From Candidatus Geothermarchaeota archaeon (GTDB lineage Archaea; Thermoproteota; Nitrososphaeria; Geothermarchaeales; JDFR-13), in the NCBI GenBank assembly GCA_015523605.1, contig WAKC01000015.1, positions 1-59,363 on the forward strand: DNA of 59,363 bases. Reading direction: 5' to 3'. The notes under the pieces were generated by a model. It saw only the letters and a list, made by a program, of their open reading frames with translations. It made no database searches and was not told where the DNA came from. Position numbers and translations under genes: made by a program. Shown one piece after another: positions 18,448-28,282 of the stretch (positions are counted from its first letter, which is position 1; every line of letters begins with the position of its first letter).

Positions 18448-18822
18448 ATGGAGGAAGATAAAGAATTGGAGGAGATAATGAAGAGGAAGATGCGGAGATA
18501 CATGGAGTTAATGGATAAGAAGAAGAGTAGTGAGATACAGGAGAGTCAACAGAAGGCCGATATCTTTCAGAAAGTGAGGAGGATATTCACTGAAGACGGG
18601 TATAACCATCTGATGAAGATAGCGTCAACAAATAAGGCTCTAGCAGAGAAGATGATAGCAATCTTCATAGAATTAATATATACAGGCTACATCACCCCAC
18701 CAATAGACTATATACTTGTAGAGAGACTGAGGAGAAAGCTAACCGGCGAGAAGGGCAAGATATTCGTATATAAAAAGGGAGAGTTAAAGGATCTAAGTGA
18801 ATCTCTTAAAGAAGAGGATTAA
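18448..18822 (+). CDS. PDCD5/TFAR19-like double-stranded DNA-binding protein
   Basis: About 124 aa. It has the N-terminal ELEEIMKRKMRRYMEL helix and the C-terminal pattern shared with the archaeal MTH1615/PDCD5 family. The ATG at 18448 is preferred to the GTG at 18439. Confidence 0.75.
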   Translation: MEEDKELEEIMKRKMRRYMELMDKKKSSEIQESQQKADIFQKVRRIFTEDGYNHLMKIASTNKALAEKMIAIFIELIYTGYITPPIDYILVERLRRKLTGEKGKIFVYKKGELKDLSESLKEED

Positions 18823-19325
18823 CCTCTATAGTAATATCTATATGTGATATAGCCGATTAAGATTATAGCGGCTAAGGTCAAAACTTCATCTATAGAACTC
18901 AGATCCAGATTCAACATACTAGAAGGTCTAATTACAAGCTCATTGGACACTGTTTTATCCCCAGTCCCTAGAAACGCTACAAGATATACTGTAGTCTCCT
19001 CATCTACATTAGGAGCCTCGATAGTGAATTCGAAATATGAGCCTACATCAATAACTGTATTCACTTCATACCTACCAAGATAGATACTCTCGTTATCGGA
19101 ATAGACCATATAGAGATCTAGATAATTCACCTCATAATCTCTATCCCCTATGTTAAAGAGTCTAACCGTAATTTCATCCCCAGATTTAAATTCATATCCC
19201 ACCGTATACAATGAGAAATCCCTATCTACACATTTTTTACAGATATTTGAAGAGTATGCACTCAATTGAGGTAATATCAAGATAGAGAATGTAACGATTA
19301 AAAATAGTAATGTCCACCTATTCAT
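18819..19325 (-). CDS. Secreted or membrane-anchored hypothetical protein
   Basis: From MNRWTLLFLIVTFSILILPQLSA there is a signal-like N-terminus, and the C-terminus has a TM anchor (LTLAAIILIGYITY). The beta-rich middle has no recognised motif. Confidence 0.5.
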   Translation of the reverse strand: MNRWTLLFLIVTFSILILPQLSAYSSNICKKCVDRDFSLYTVGYEFKSGDEITVRLFNIGDRDYEVNYLDLYMVYSDNESIYLGRYEVNTVIDVGSYFEFTIEAPNVDEETTVYLVAFLGTGDKTVSNELVIRPSSMLNLDLSSIDEVLTLAAIILIGYITYRYYYRG

Positions 19326-19382
19326 ACCCCACATTAATTTAACATGTATAACTACTATATTACTATCAGGTGTCCTCAAATG

Positions 19383-21257
19383 GATAATGAATTTTATGGG
19401 TGGCACCGGAAAATTCTCTGGGTAGACTTATCACGAGGAAAACATTGGGTAGAGGAGATTACACCCGACTTCGCACTACAATGGATAGGAGGAAGAGGAT
19501 TCGCTATAAGAATCCTGTGGGATAGACTGGAGCCAGGTACAGACCCCCTCTCCCCCGATAACCTGCTGATCTTCGCCGTAGGACCTCTCACCGGCTTACC
19601 CCTCCCAAGCAGTGGAAAACTTGTTGTTGCCTCAAAGTCACCATTAACAGGTGGATATGGAGATGGAAACGTGGGTACCAAAGCCTCTGTACAGCTTAGG
19701 AAGGCGGGTTATGATGCTTTAGTCGTAACTGGAAAGGCTGAGAAACCCAGCTATATAGTCATAAATAACAATGAAGTGGAGATCAAAGACGCCTCTGACC
19801 TATGGGGCCTTGATTCAGAAGAACTAGACAATGAATTGACCGGTCGATATGGACGGAAGGCTGGGATGCTATATATAGGCCCCGCCGGAGAGAATCTAGT
19901 CAGATTTGCCGTGGTAATGTCGGAAAAGGATAGAGCAGGTGGTAGACCTGGAATGGGTGCCGTAATGGGGAGTAAGAATCTCAAGGCTATTGTGGTCGTA
20001 GGAGATGGGGATATGCCCTCTAAAGACCCTGATAAGGTGCGGGAGATAGGGAAGGAGGCATACTCCGACGTAAAGAAATCCCCAAACTATGACCACTGGA
20101 TGAGAGAAGGCACCATGGGTATATTGGCATGGTGCCAAGAAATGTCTGTATTACCCACCTACAACTTTAGAGAAGGTGTATTCGAGGGTGCAGACAAGAT
20201 AAACGGGGCTGTCATGGCAGATCTATTCAAGGTATTTCAGAAAGGATGTCCACAGTGTAACATGGTATGTGGAAACGTTGGTGAGGCAAAGGAAGGTAGA
20301 TTCCAAGGGATAAAGGCAGAACTGGATTATGAAAACGTGGGCATGCTAGGCCCCAACCTAGGTATAGACGATTTAAACGATATCATAGGCCTAGTCAAGA
20401 TGGCTGACAACCTTGGATTCGACACTATATCCCTAGGTTCAACAATGGCATTCGCTACAGAGGCTGTAGAAAAGGGTTTGTTAGACCCTAAAGACTTGAA
20501 TGGGGTAAAGCCTAGATGGGGCGATACAGACTCATATGTAAACTTGATGGAGATAATCTTAAAAGGAGAAGGATTCGGCTCAATCCTAAAGCTGGGTACA
20601 AAACTAGCCGCAATCAAATTGGGAGATGGTGCGATCGACTTTGCCATGCAGGTTAAAGGTCTCGAGGTAAGTGCGTACGATGCACACGTAGCACATGGAA
20701 TGGCATTAGCATTTGGAACAAGCCCAATTGGAGCACACCATAAAGACGCTTGGTACATATATAGAGAAGCCCTAAGAGGATTCGACGTGAACGACAGGAA
20801 GAAGGTAGAGGAGATTATAGAGCTTCAAAGGATTAGGGGAGGTTTATTCGAGACATTTGTTACATGTAGACTTCCATTTGTCGAGGTAGGTTTAAATCTA
20901 GATTACTATCCGAAGCTATTAGAGGCAGCCACGGGACATTATCTAGATATGAATAGGCTATTCAACATGGCAGATAGAATCTATGACTTGATAAGGCTCT
21001 TCTGGGTGAGAGAGTTTGGATGGTGGGATAGAAAGATGGATACACCTCCAATGAGATGGTTTAAAGAACCCTTGACAACAGGTCCTAGGAAAGGGGCCCA
21101 TCTAGATATAAATGTGTATAACCAGTTGCTAGACTGGTATTACGAGATTCGAGGATGGGACAGAAACGGGATACCCAGGAAATCCACTTTAGAGGCTAGG
21201 GGGTTAGCCAATGAGGCTAAGATGTTGGAGGACATGGGTATTAAACTCACCCCTTAA
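19383..21257 (+). CDS. aor: Tungsten-dependent aldehyde:ferredoxin oxidoreductase
   Basis: The N-terminus YGWHRKILWVDLS is AOR-like. A CPQCNMVC plus later C supplies the [4Fe-4S] ligand set, and length and collinearity fit the AOR family. The start at MDNEFYGW is preferred. Confidence 0.92.
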   Translation, partial: DNEFYGWHRKILWVDLSRGKHWVEEITPDFALQWIGGRGFAIRILWDRLEPGTDPLSPDNLLIFAVGPLTGLPLPSSGKLVVASKSPLTGGYGDGNVGTKASVQLRKAGYDALVVTGKAEKPSYIVINNNEVEIKDASDLWGLDSEELDNELTGRYGRKAGMLYIGPAGENLVRFAVVMSEKDRAGGRPGMGAVMGSKNLKAIVVVGDGDMPSKDPDKVREIGKEAYSDVKKSPNYDHWMREGTMGILAWCQEMSVLPTYNFREGVFEGADKINGAVMADLFKVFQKGCPQCNMVCGNVGEAKEGRFQGIKAELDYENVGMLGPNLGIDDLNDIIGLVKMADNLGFDTISLGSTMAFATEAVEKGLLDPKDLNGVKPRWGDTDSYVNLMEIILKGEGFGSILKLGTKLAAIKLGDGAIDFAMQVKGLEVSAYDAHVAHGMALAFGTSPIGAHHKDAWYIYREALRGFDVNDRKKVEEIIELQRIRGGLFETFVTCRLPFVEVGLNLDYYPKLLEAATGHYLDMNRLFNMADRIYDLIRLFWVREFGWWDRKMDTPPMRWFKEPLTTGPRKGAHLDINVYNQLLDWYYEIRGWDRNGIPRKSTLEARGLANEAKMLEDMGIKLTP

Positions 21258-21265
21258 CCAATTTT

Positions 21266-22600
21266 TTATCTCGGCTCCAGACGTGCAAACAATTCTATAT
21301 GTGGAGTATGAGGGAACATATCGATAAGAAAGACTTTATCAGACACTCTATACCTTTCCATAAGAACCTTTAAATCCCTAGCAAAAGACTGTGGATTACA
21401 GCTGAAATACAATATCTCTTTAATATCCCTCTTTAATAGAACCTCTTTAACCTGTTTGGAAAGCCCTGGTCTAGGTGGGTCAACCACTACGGTATCTACC
21501 CTAGCCTCGATTCTCTTCATCCTCTCTTCAGCACTCTCGTTGATAAGAACTACATTATCCGCTTTCAACCAATCCCGGACATGCTCGGAACTATATATAG
21601 CATATTTATCAATCTCAATGGAAAGGACTCTCTCATATTTATCCATCAGACTATAAGTGAATAGACCGACTCCACTATAGACATCAATAAATAGAGATCC
21701 ACCAGAGGAATACTTCCTTGCTAATTCAACCATCTTGACAGCCTGATATGAATTAGTCTGGAAAAACGAGTTTGGATGGATATAGAACCTTATACCACTT
21801 ATCTCCTCAGTCAAGTAATCCCTCCCATACACAGCCCTAATATCCTCTCCAATCGATAGATCAGTCAATTTGTCATTTATACTCCATACAATCCCGGTTG
21901 ACAACTCCTTCAAATCCTCTATCAGCCTATCCAAACCTATGAATGCACCCGCCTTTGTAACGAGGTTCACTAATCTATCACCAGTAAATTTACCCTCTCT
22001 AACCACTACATATCTTAGGAACCCCTTCTGACGAATTATGTCGTAAGGCGGTACAGAATATTTCTTTATATGCTTCCTAACTATATTTAGAATCTCCACA
22101 GCCTCTTCAGACATAAGAAAACACTCGTCAAGATCGATGACTACATCCCATCTACCCAGCTTTTTCAGGCCGAGAAACACCTCTTCATTTGAACCAGTGA
22201 CAGGAAAGTCCATCCTATTTCTATAAAACCATATTTTAGGGCTTGGGAATGGATCCTCAACATCCACATCTAAGGTAAAACGGTTAAATATCCTCAGAAC
22301 ATATTCCTTCTTCATCCTCAGCTGTAGAGGATAATCCAGGTTCTGAAATCTACAACCTCCACACTCACCAAAATATTTACATCTAGGTTCTATCCTCCCA
22401 TCCCCTGGCGAGATAAGTTCAACATCCTCAGCCCATAATTCATAACCCCTCCTACCCTTTGGAACCCTAGTTATACGTGCCCTTACAACATCACCAGGGA
22501 CTCCATACTTGAAATATATCTTCCTACCTTCTAACAATCCATATAAACGTCCATACTCATCAAGACCTATTATCTCAATCTGTTTAAGAGACATCTTCAA
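21266..22600 (-). CDS. RumA/TrmA-family RNA (uracil-C5)-methyltransferase with TRAM domain and Fe-S cluster
   Basis: Motifs are the cluster CKYFGECGGCRFQ, SFFQTN, SAM motif DVYSGVGLF, VVVDPPRPG and the catalytic Cys in FSCNPQS. Confidence 0.85.
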   Translation of the reverse strand: MKMSLKQIEIIGLDEYGRLYGLLEGRKIYFKYGVPGDVVRARITRVPKGRRGYELWAEDVELISPGDGRIEPRCKYFGECGGCRFQNLDYPLQLRMKKEYVLRIFNRFTLDVDVEDPFPSPKIWFYRNRMDFPVTGSNEEVFLGLKKLGRWDVVIDLDECFLMSEEAVEILNIVRKHIKKYSVPPYDIIRQKGFLRYVVVREGKFTGDRLVNLVTKAGAFIGLDRLIEDLKELSTGIVWSINDKLTDLSIGEDIRAVYGRDYLTEEISGIRFYIHPNSFFQTNSYQAVKMVELARKYSSGGSLFIDVYSGVGLFTYSLMDKYERVLSIEIDKYAIYSSEHVRDWLKADNVVLINESAEERMKRIEARVDTVVVDPPRPGLSKQVKEVLLKRDIKEILYFSCNPQSFARDLKVLMERYRVSDKVFLIDMFPHTPHIELFARLEPR

Positions 22601-23039
22601 TACCGTATCTTCTAATCATAAGGAAAATATAAATCAGTATTATCCATACAGGGAAGAATAGTACTGTACCTACTAATATAGGTAGGATGTAAATTAATAG
22701 AAACCCTATGGAGGCAATTAACGAGCCTATATAGACGAATCTAAGCTTCTTCTTATAGGGAGCTACGAAGAAACCATATAAAACCAATAAACTTCCAATT
22801 ACACCCACAAGGGCGAATATAACGTATAATGCATTGTTAAATAGCCCCCAGGAGATAGAGTTCACCATCAAATCTAAAATAGCTGCTACACAAACTATTG
22901 TAGCAAGCCTCAGGAAGAGCTGATTTTGGGTGATAAAGTTTCCAGGAGCTACGGGTTCAAGCTTCGCACCACAATTAACACAGAATTTTGCGTTTTCGGG
23001 GTTCTCAGCCCCACACTCCTGACACACCAACTTGGCCAC
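22584..23039 (-). CDS. Zinc-ribbon membrane protein
   Basis: An N-terminal CQECG...CVNCGAKL zinc ribbon is followed by about 4 TM helices. Confidence 0.6.
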   Translation of the reverse strand: MAKLVCQECGAENPENAKFCVNCGAKLEPVAPGNFITQNQLFLRLATIVCVAAILDLMVNSISWGLFNNALYVIFALVGVIGSLLVLYGFFVAPYKKKLRFVYIGSLIASIGFLLIYILPILVGTVLFFPVWIILIYIFLMIRRYGIEDVS

Positions 23040-23109
23040 TTACATCACCACACTAACCTAAATATTAAAACAGTTGATTAAATAAATTTGAGGACTCGGT
23101 GATAATGGA

Positions 23110-23748
23110 ATGTATGTAGTCATAGTAGGAGGCGGTGCCACAGGATTAATCCTAACAAAAAAGCTGGAGCAGCGAAATATAGATGTAACAGTGGTGGAAA
23201 AGGATGTTGAGAGATGTGACGAGATATTATCAAAGACTAGAGCCCATGTAGTCCGTGGAGACGCTACAGATCCAACTGTTCTTGAAGAGGCGGAGTTGAG
23301 TAGAGCGGACTATCTAGTATGTGTCACTGGAGATGATAAGACAAATATATTAGTAGGTCTTATAGGGATGAACCTAGGTCTTGAGAATATAATCGTTAGG
23401 GTTGAACACCCTGTATATGAGAAGATTGCTCGGGAACTAGGATTCACGAATATCATAAACCCAGCAGAGACTGGAGCAACAATGATAGAGGCGGCCATAA
23501 GAGGGATAAGATTCATCGAGTTCTTCAGATTAGAGAGCGACACAGCATCACTAGAGGAAGTGAGGATAGACTCCAAATCAAAATTTAAGAACAAACCATT
23601 GAAGATGATAGCTGAAAAATCTAAGGATATTATATATCCACTTATGATTATTCATAACAAGGACATCTTAATCCCAGATCCTAATTATAGGTTAAAGGAG
23701 GGCGATGTAGTCTGGATATTGAGAAAGAGGAGGAAATTCCTCTTCTGA
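23110..23748 (+). CDS. trkA: TrkA-type K+ transport NAD-binding regulatory protein (RCK N+C)
   Basis: Rossmann motif VVIVGGGATG, and a C-terminal TrkA-C-like segment EGDVVWIL. Confidence 0.85.
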   Translation: MYVVIVGGGATGLILTKKLEQRNIDVTVVEKDVERCDEILSKTRAHVVRGDATDPTVLEEAELSRADYLVCVTGDDKTNILVGLIGMNLGLENIIVRVEHPVYEKIARELGFTNIINPAETGATMIEAAIRGIRFIEFFRLESDTASLEEVRIDSKSKFKNKPLKMIAEKSKDIIYPLMIIHNKDILIPDPNYRLKEGDVVWILRKRRKFLF

Positions 23749-23760
23749 AACATAGTTAAT

Positions 23761-25161
23761 CTAATGATGTAGCCAGTGAGCCGGTGAATGTTCTCTATCT
23801 GGGAGTTGCTCAGCATATATAGTTATCCTACCAGTGATGAAATAGCTTAATGCGATGGAGATCATGGCCGGACCCATCAGTTCATACGAGCCCACCATCT
23901 CATTAACCATAATTAAGACTGCTAGAGGAGCCTTCGAAATTCCACCGAATAGACTTAACATACCCACGATCATGAAAGTCGAGATAAACTTCATCGGCTC
24001 CTCAATAAGACCCGGAAAGAATCTTACAAATATCATAGCCACGACATAACCCGTCAAAGCACCGATGAATAGGCCAGGAGCAAAGACACCCCCACTACCT
24101 CCACTGCCGATCGAGAAAGCCGTTGCTAAAATCTTCAATACTATTAAAACTATTGAAATCGAGATCACCAAGGTGAAATCCCGATTTATGTCAAGGTATG
24201 TCCATGAACCGAAGTTAAATACCGGGAACTCTCCAGATGCTAGCAATGTAGTCCATTCATAACCTCCTCCTAATATCTGGGGGAAGAAGAGGGCTATTAT
24301 ACCAGTTAATAACCCTCCTATCATAGGCTTAAGATGAGGAGGTATCTCTAATGAACCAAAAAGGTTTTTCACAGTATAGAAGGTTTTAACATATAAGATG
24401 CCTGTGACTGATGTAGCTAGACCCAATAATCCAAACATGAGAATCTCAAATGGTGAGAAAATAGGTCTATAAGGCAGGATAAATATATGTTCATATCCCG
24501 TGAAATACCCAAAGATTGTGTATCCAAGTATTGCGGCGATAAAGGCTGGGATAAGACCGTCTGACTCGAAATCCCTCATATACAAAACTTCAATAGCTAA
24601 TATAGCCGCGCCAACCGGAGCCTTGAATATAGCCCCTAAACCCGCTGCAAGACCTATTGTCAAGGCGAGTCTCTGAATCTGTATCGGAGCGCCAAATACC
24701 CGTGATATTACAGAGGCTAATCCACCCCCTATCTGAGCCATAGGGCCTTCACGGCCCGCACTACCTCCAAAGCCTATCGTGGCTATAGATGCTAAGAACT
24801 TAATTATAGGTCCTCTAATGGATATATATCCACTCTTCCTGTGGAACGCACCTATAACCGCATCTGTACCATGGCCCTCAGCCTCTGGAGCAAATGTATA
24901 GACCAATAAACCAGCTATCAAGCCACCTAAGGCTACAACAAGTGGAGTATAATACCAATTCTCAACAGAGTCCGCTTCGGGAGTCAAGCCTAGAAAATCG
25001 ACTAGAACAGCCTTAGAAACATATTCAAGCGAATAATAGAATAGAAGTGATACACCACCTGTTATAACGCCCACTATAATCGCGAGTATAAGCAGATCCC
25101 TAATACCCCTTCCAATCCTAAACAATCTCCTGAAGAGATGCCTTATCCTGAAGAAACTCAT
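23761..25161 (-). CDS. ClC-family chloride channel / H+:Cl- antiporter
   Basis: Selectivity motifs GSAGREGP and GGVFAPGLFIG are present in a polytopic 466-aa protein. Confidence 0.9.
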   Translation of the reverse strand: MSFFRIRHLFRRLFRIGRGIRDLLILAIIVGVITGGVSLLFYYSLEYVSKAVLVDFLGLTPEADSVENWYYTPLVVALGGLIAGLLVYTFAPEAEGHGTDAVIGAFHRKSGYISIRGPIIKFLASIATIGFGGSAGREGPMAQIGGGLASVISRVFGAPIQIQRLALTIGLAAGLGAIFKAPVGAAILAIEVLYMRDFESDGLIPAFIAAILGYTIFGYFTGYEHIFILPYRPIFSPFEILMFGLLGLATSVTGILYVKTFYTVKNLFGSLEIPPHLKPMIGGLLTGIIALFFPQILGGGYEWTTLLASGEFPVFNFGSWTYLDINRDFTLVISISIVLIVLKILATAFSIGSGGSGGVFAPGLFIGALTGYVVAMIFVRFFPGLIEEPMKFISTFMIVGMLSLFGGISKAPLAVLIMVNEMVGSYELMGPAMISIALSYFITGRITIYAEQLPDREHSPAHWLHH

Positions 25162-26108
25162 CTTCTAATACCTACCGAAGCAACACCTTCATAAGGCCTA
25201 GCCACACCCATCTTCCTTATCGAAATAACATATCCATCTCTTGGAATCCTAACCCTCTCCATAACCTCACCTAACAGGTTTCTAATAATCACTAGATCCT
25301 CATATTTAACGAAATACTCACCAGGCTCCTTATTGGCCACTATAAACCCACCATGTTCTGTATAAACCCTCCTCCTAAAAAGTCCATATAAACCCTTTGG
25401 ATACCCCTCAACATCATGCTTTTCATCCTCCAAAACCTCTAGAAAGCTCAGGACATTCACCAACCCATTGAACGAATTAACGAAAGCCTCATCTGAGAAA
25501 CCCTGAGTAGGAAGCTCATATGTAAAAGACGGGACACCCACGTTCAAGAGAGTCGATGGTAGAGACCTATCCAAATTATACCGGTAATATTTCTCCATAT
25601 CATAATAATCCCATACATATGGAATACCCGAATATTCTGCAACATCTTTAACATAGCTTACAACACTCAAGTCGAAATCATCTAATATAATATGAGGTAT
25701 GGAATATCCAGCACCATGTAAATCAATTACAAAATCATAACCCTTCTTAGCCAATTCATAGACAACCCTAGCAATATGACCAGAAAGTCCATATTCATCA
25801 CCACCTGGAAAAGACCTGTTGAGATCCATACCGGATAAAGGTTCAACCCTCCTATTCAAGAGGAGACCGTAGTAATTAACACCCATCAAGATATCTAAAG
25901 ACCCCTTCAAAAGGTCACCGGACTCGATATACTCCATAAGCCTCCATAACAGGTATATCGAGGTTATCTCATTACCATGGAGAGGAGATACTATTAAAAC
26001 CCTCTTCCCACCCGAGCCATAACTTATCAAGGGGATTGAGACCTCACTACCATCATAGATTTTAAAGAGAGGTATATACCTTATTGAACGCTCCACCATA
26101 GAACTCAC
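25158..26108 (-). CDS. Succinylglutamate desuccinylase/aspartoacylase (AstE/AspA, M14-like) family zinc hydrolase
   Basis: HxxE zinc motif PLHGNEITS and a second His in IDLHGAG. It shares an ATGA start/stop overlap with the ClC gene. Confidence 0.75.
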   Translation of the reverse strand: MSSMVERSIRYIPLFKIYDGSEVSIPLISYGSGGKRVLIVSPLHGNEITSIYLLWRLMEYIESGDLLKGSLDILMGVNYYGLLLNRRVEPLSGMDLNRSFPGGDEYGLSGHIARVVYELAKKGYDFVIDLHGAGYSIPHIILDDFDLSVVSYVKDVAEYSGIPYVWDYYDMEKYYRYNLDRSLPSTLLNVGVPSFTYELPTQGFSDEAFVNSFNGLVNVLSFLEVLEDEKHDVEGYPKGLYGLFRRRVYTEHGGFIVANKEPGEYFVKYEDLVIIRNLLGEVMERVRIPRDGYVISIRKMGVARPYEGVASVGIRR

Positions 26109-26176
26109 CAGATACTAATAATTGAATAAATCGAAACTATGTTAAATATCTCTTAAACATCTAATTTACTTTTGGA

Positions 26177-26983
26177 ATGACGAAACTTGAAATCCCACCA
26201 AAACTTGATTATGACTATGTAATCAAAAAAGTGACAACCAGCCTCAGAGAATACTTCAAGGAGAATGGGATTAAGCGGGGAGTCATGGGATTAAGCGGAG
26301 GATTAGATAGTAGCACTACTCTCGCCCTCCTCACTAGAGCGATAGGCGTTGAAAACACCTATGTATATATAATGCCTTCAAGAGCAACCCCTAAAGAGAG
26401 CGTAGAATATGCCTTGAAAATGATTGATATCCTCGGTATTCCAGAGGAGAATTGGAGAAAAATTGACATAGAACCATTGATCAGGTGTTTCGATGGTGTA
26501 CTAGCCTTTCAAGACCAGGTTATAAGAGGGAACACGATGGCTAGGGTAAGGATGTCGATACTCTATGCAGAGGCTAAACGGTTAGATGCCATAGTTGTGG
26601 GAACCGGAGACAAGAGTGAACTCCTCATTGGATACTTCACTAAATATGGAGATGGAGGTGTGGATATACTCCCAATAGGCGATATATACAAGACTCAGCT
26701 TAGGGAATTGGCTATAAGACTTGGGATTCCCAAGGAAATAGCCTATAAACCGAGTTCTCCAGAGCTGTGGAAGGGTCACAAGGCCGAGGAGGAGCTAGGA
26801 CTTACCTATGATAGAATAGATGGTATCCTATATCTATTCCATGACCTAAATAAAAAGAGAGAGGAGATATTGGAATATGGCTTCCAAGAATGGGAAGTAG
26901 ATCTAGTCCTAGAAAGATACTACAAATCTATGCATAAAAGGTCAATGCCGCCGATAATAAAAATAAGTGATAAAACTACTTAG
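26177..26983 (+). CDS. nadE: NH3-dependent NAD+ synthetase
   Basis: PP-loop GLSGGLDSS and the FTKYGDGG motif, 268 aa. Confidence 0.9.
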   Translation: MTKLEIPPKLDYDYVIKKVTTSLREYFKENGIKRGVMGLSGGLDSSTTLALLTRAIGVENTYVYIMPSRATPKESVEYALKMIDILGIPEENWRKIDIEPLIRCFDGVLAFQDQVIRGNTMARVRMSILYAEAKRLDAIVVGTGDKSELLIGYFTKYGDGGVDILPIGDIYKTQLRELAIRLGIPKEIAYKPSSPELWKGHKAEEELGLTYDRIDGILYLFHDLNKKREEILEYGFQEWEVDLVLERYYKSMHKRSMPPIIKISDKTT

Positions 26984-28067
26984 TTATAGGCTCCTTAACC
27001 TCCTTTATCCACTTCACTGTCTCTTCAGGCGTCTCCAAAGCCCTGTTAATAGTAATTTCAGCAATTGAATCCACACTATCAGCAATCCTCAGGATGTGGC
27101 TTACTATCAATCTATAAGTACTAAGCAATTCAAAGTCATTCGCAAGGGAGTTTAGGAACATGATATCTATCTCTTGAACCTCCTCCTTAAACTCCTCTAG
27201 ATTGTTCAGTAGATCGTTGGCCCTCACCAGATTCAACTCTATAAGTGCCTGCATTGAATCCCCTATCAACCTATCCGCATAATCCAAGAGATATATCAAC
27301 TTATCAAGAGCATCTCTGTTGCTAACCAGCTTCTCATATGAGACCTTCCTGATATTTAGACTGATATCATACAACCTATCCGCAATCTCCTCCAGACTCT
27401 TTACGATAGCCCTATTACCCACGATATGATATGGATGTTCAATACCGACATCCTTAGCGAGTCTCCAGCTCTTCTGACTTAGGAGGAGCTGCCTGACAGT
27501 TAACCAATAGACACGGTCGGCCTCATCCTCCATCTTATCAACCTGATCCATTATAGACTTGTCTCCCTCACCCAGATATACCTTTATAGCCTCCACCATA
27601 GAGAATATCAAGGTATATATCCTCCTAATCAATCCATTCAACTTGAACTTACTGGAGTCTATGAGACACTGTACAGTGACTCTATTTAGACTCTGATCAA
27701 CGATTTGTACTCCAGCCAACCTGTTAATAGCCGACTGTATCTCATCAATAACCCAATATGGAAGTCTCTTACCCTCAATCTGGAAGGAGATATTGTCATG
27801 ACCCACTAGATAGCTTCCAATCAATATTCTACTTATCAATCCCTTAGAATTGATTTTCGAAACGTCAACAACATAGCTCTCCCCCAACCCCCTCTCAGCA
27901 ACGTCGTTGTAAGGCACTATCCTCAGTGATCCATCATCCTCAATCCTTATAATGACGTTGTCACCCTTCTTAAGCCCCTTCTCCTTCACCCAGATCCTCG
28001 GTAGAGACACAACTATAGTAGAGTATCCTAGTTTCTGAACCTTCCTGATTTCCATATGTGTGGTCAT
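26976..28067 (-). CDS. AbrB/SpoVT-domain protein fused to PhoU-like repeats (archaeal phosphate-uptake-regulator type)
   Basis: The N-terminal swapped-hairpin pattern RKVQKLGYSTIVVSLPRIWVKEKGLKKGDNVII is followed by helical PhoU-like repeats. Confidence 0.8.
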   Translation of the reverse strand: MTTHMEIRKVQKLGYSTIVVSLPRIWVKEKGLKKGDNVIIRIEDDGSLRIVPYNDVAERGLGESYVVDVSKINSKGLISRILIGSYLVGHDNISFQIEGKRLPYWVIDEIQSAINRLAGVQIVDQSLNRVTVQCLIDSSKFKLNGLIRRIYTLIFSMVEAIKVYLGEGDKSIMDQVDKMEDEADRVYWLTVRQLLLSQKSWRLAKDVGIEHPYHIVGNRAIVKSLEEIADRLYDISLNIRKVSYEKLVSNRDALDKLIYLLDYADRLIGDSMQALIELNLVRANDLLNNLEEFKEEVQEIDIMFLNSLANDFELLSTYRLIVSHILRIADSVDSIAEITINRALETPEETVKWIKEVKEPITK

Positions 28068-28282
28068 TTCACAAATTATAAAGACATACGTATATATAAA
28101 ATTTACTTATCAAACTCAAGTATTAAAGGGCATATTCTCAATCTATATTCTATACCTACAATCCAAACATACATATACTTTAGTCAGAGAATCGAGGGAG
28201 GTAATATATAAACATTATATACATAAAAACCTATAAAAGATTTATAAGTAAGGATAAAAAGACTACTAGAGGATGGATCGAA

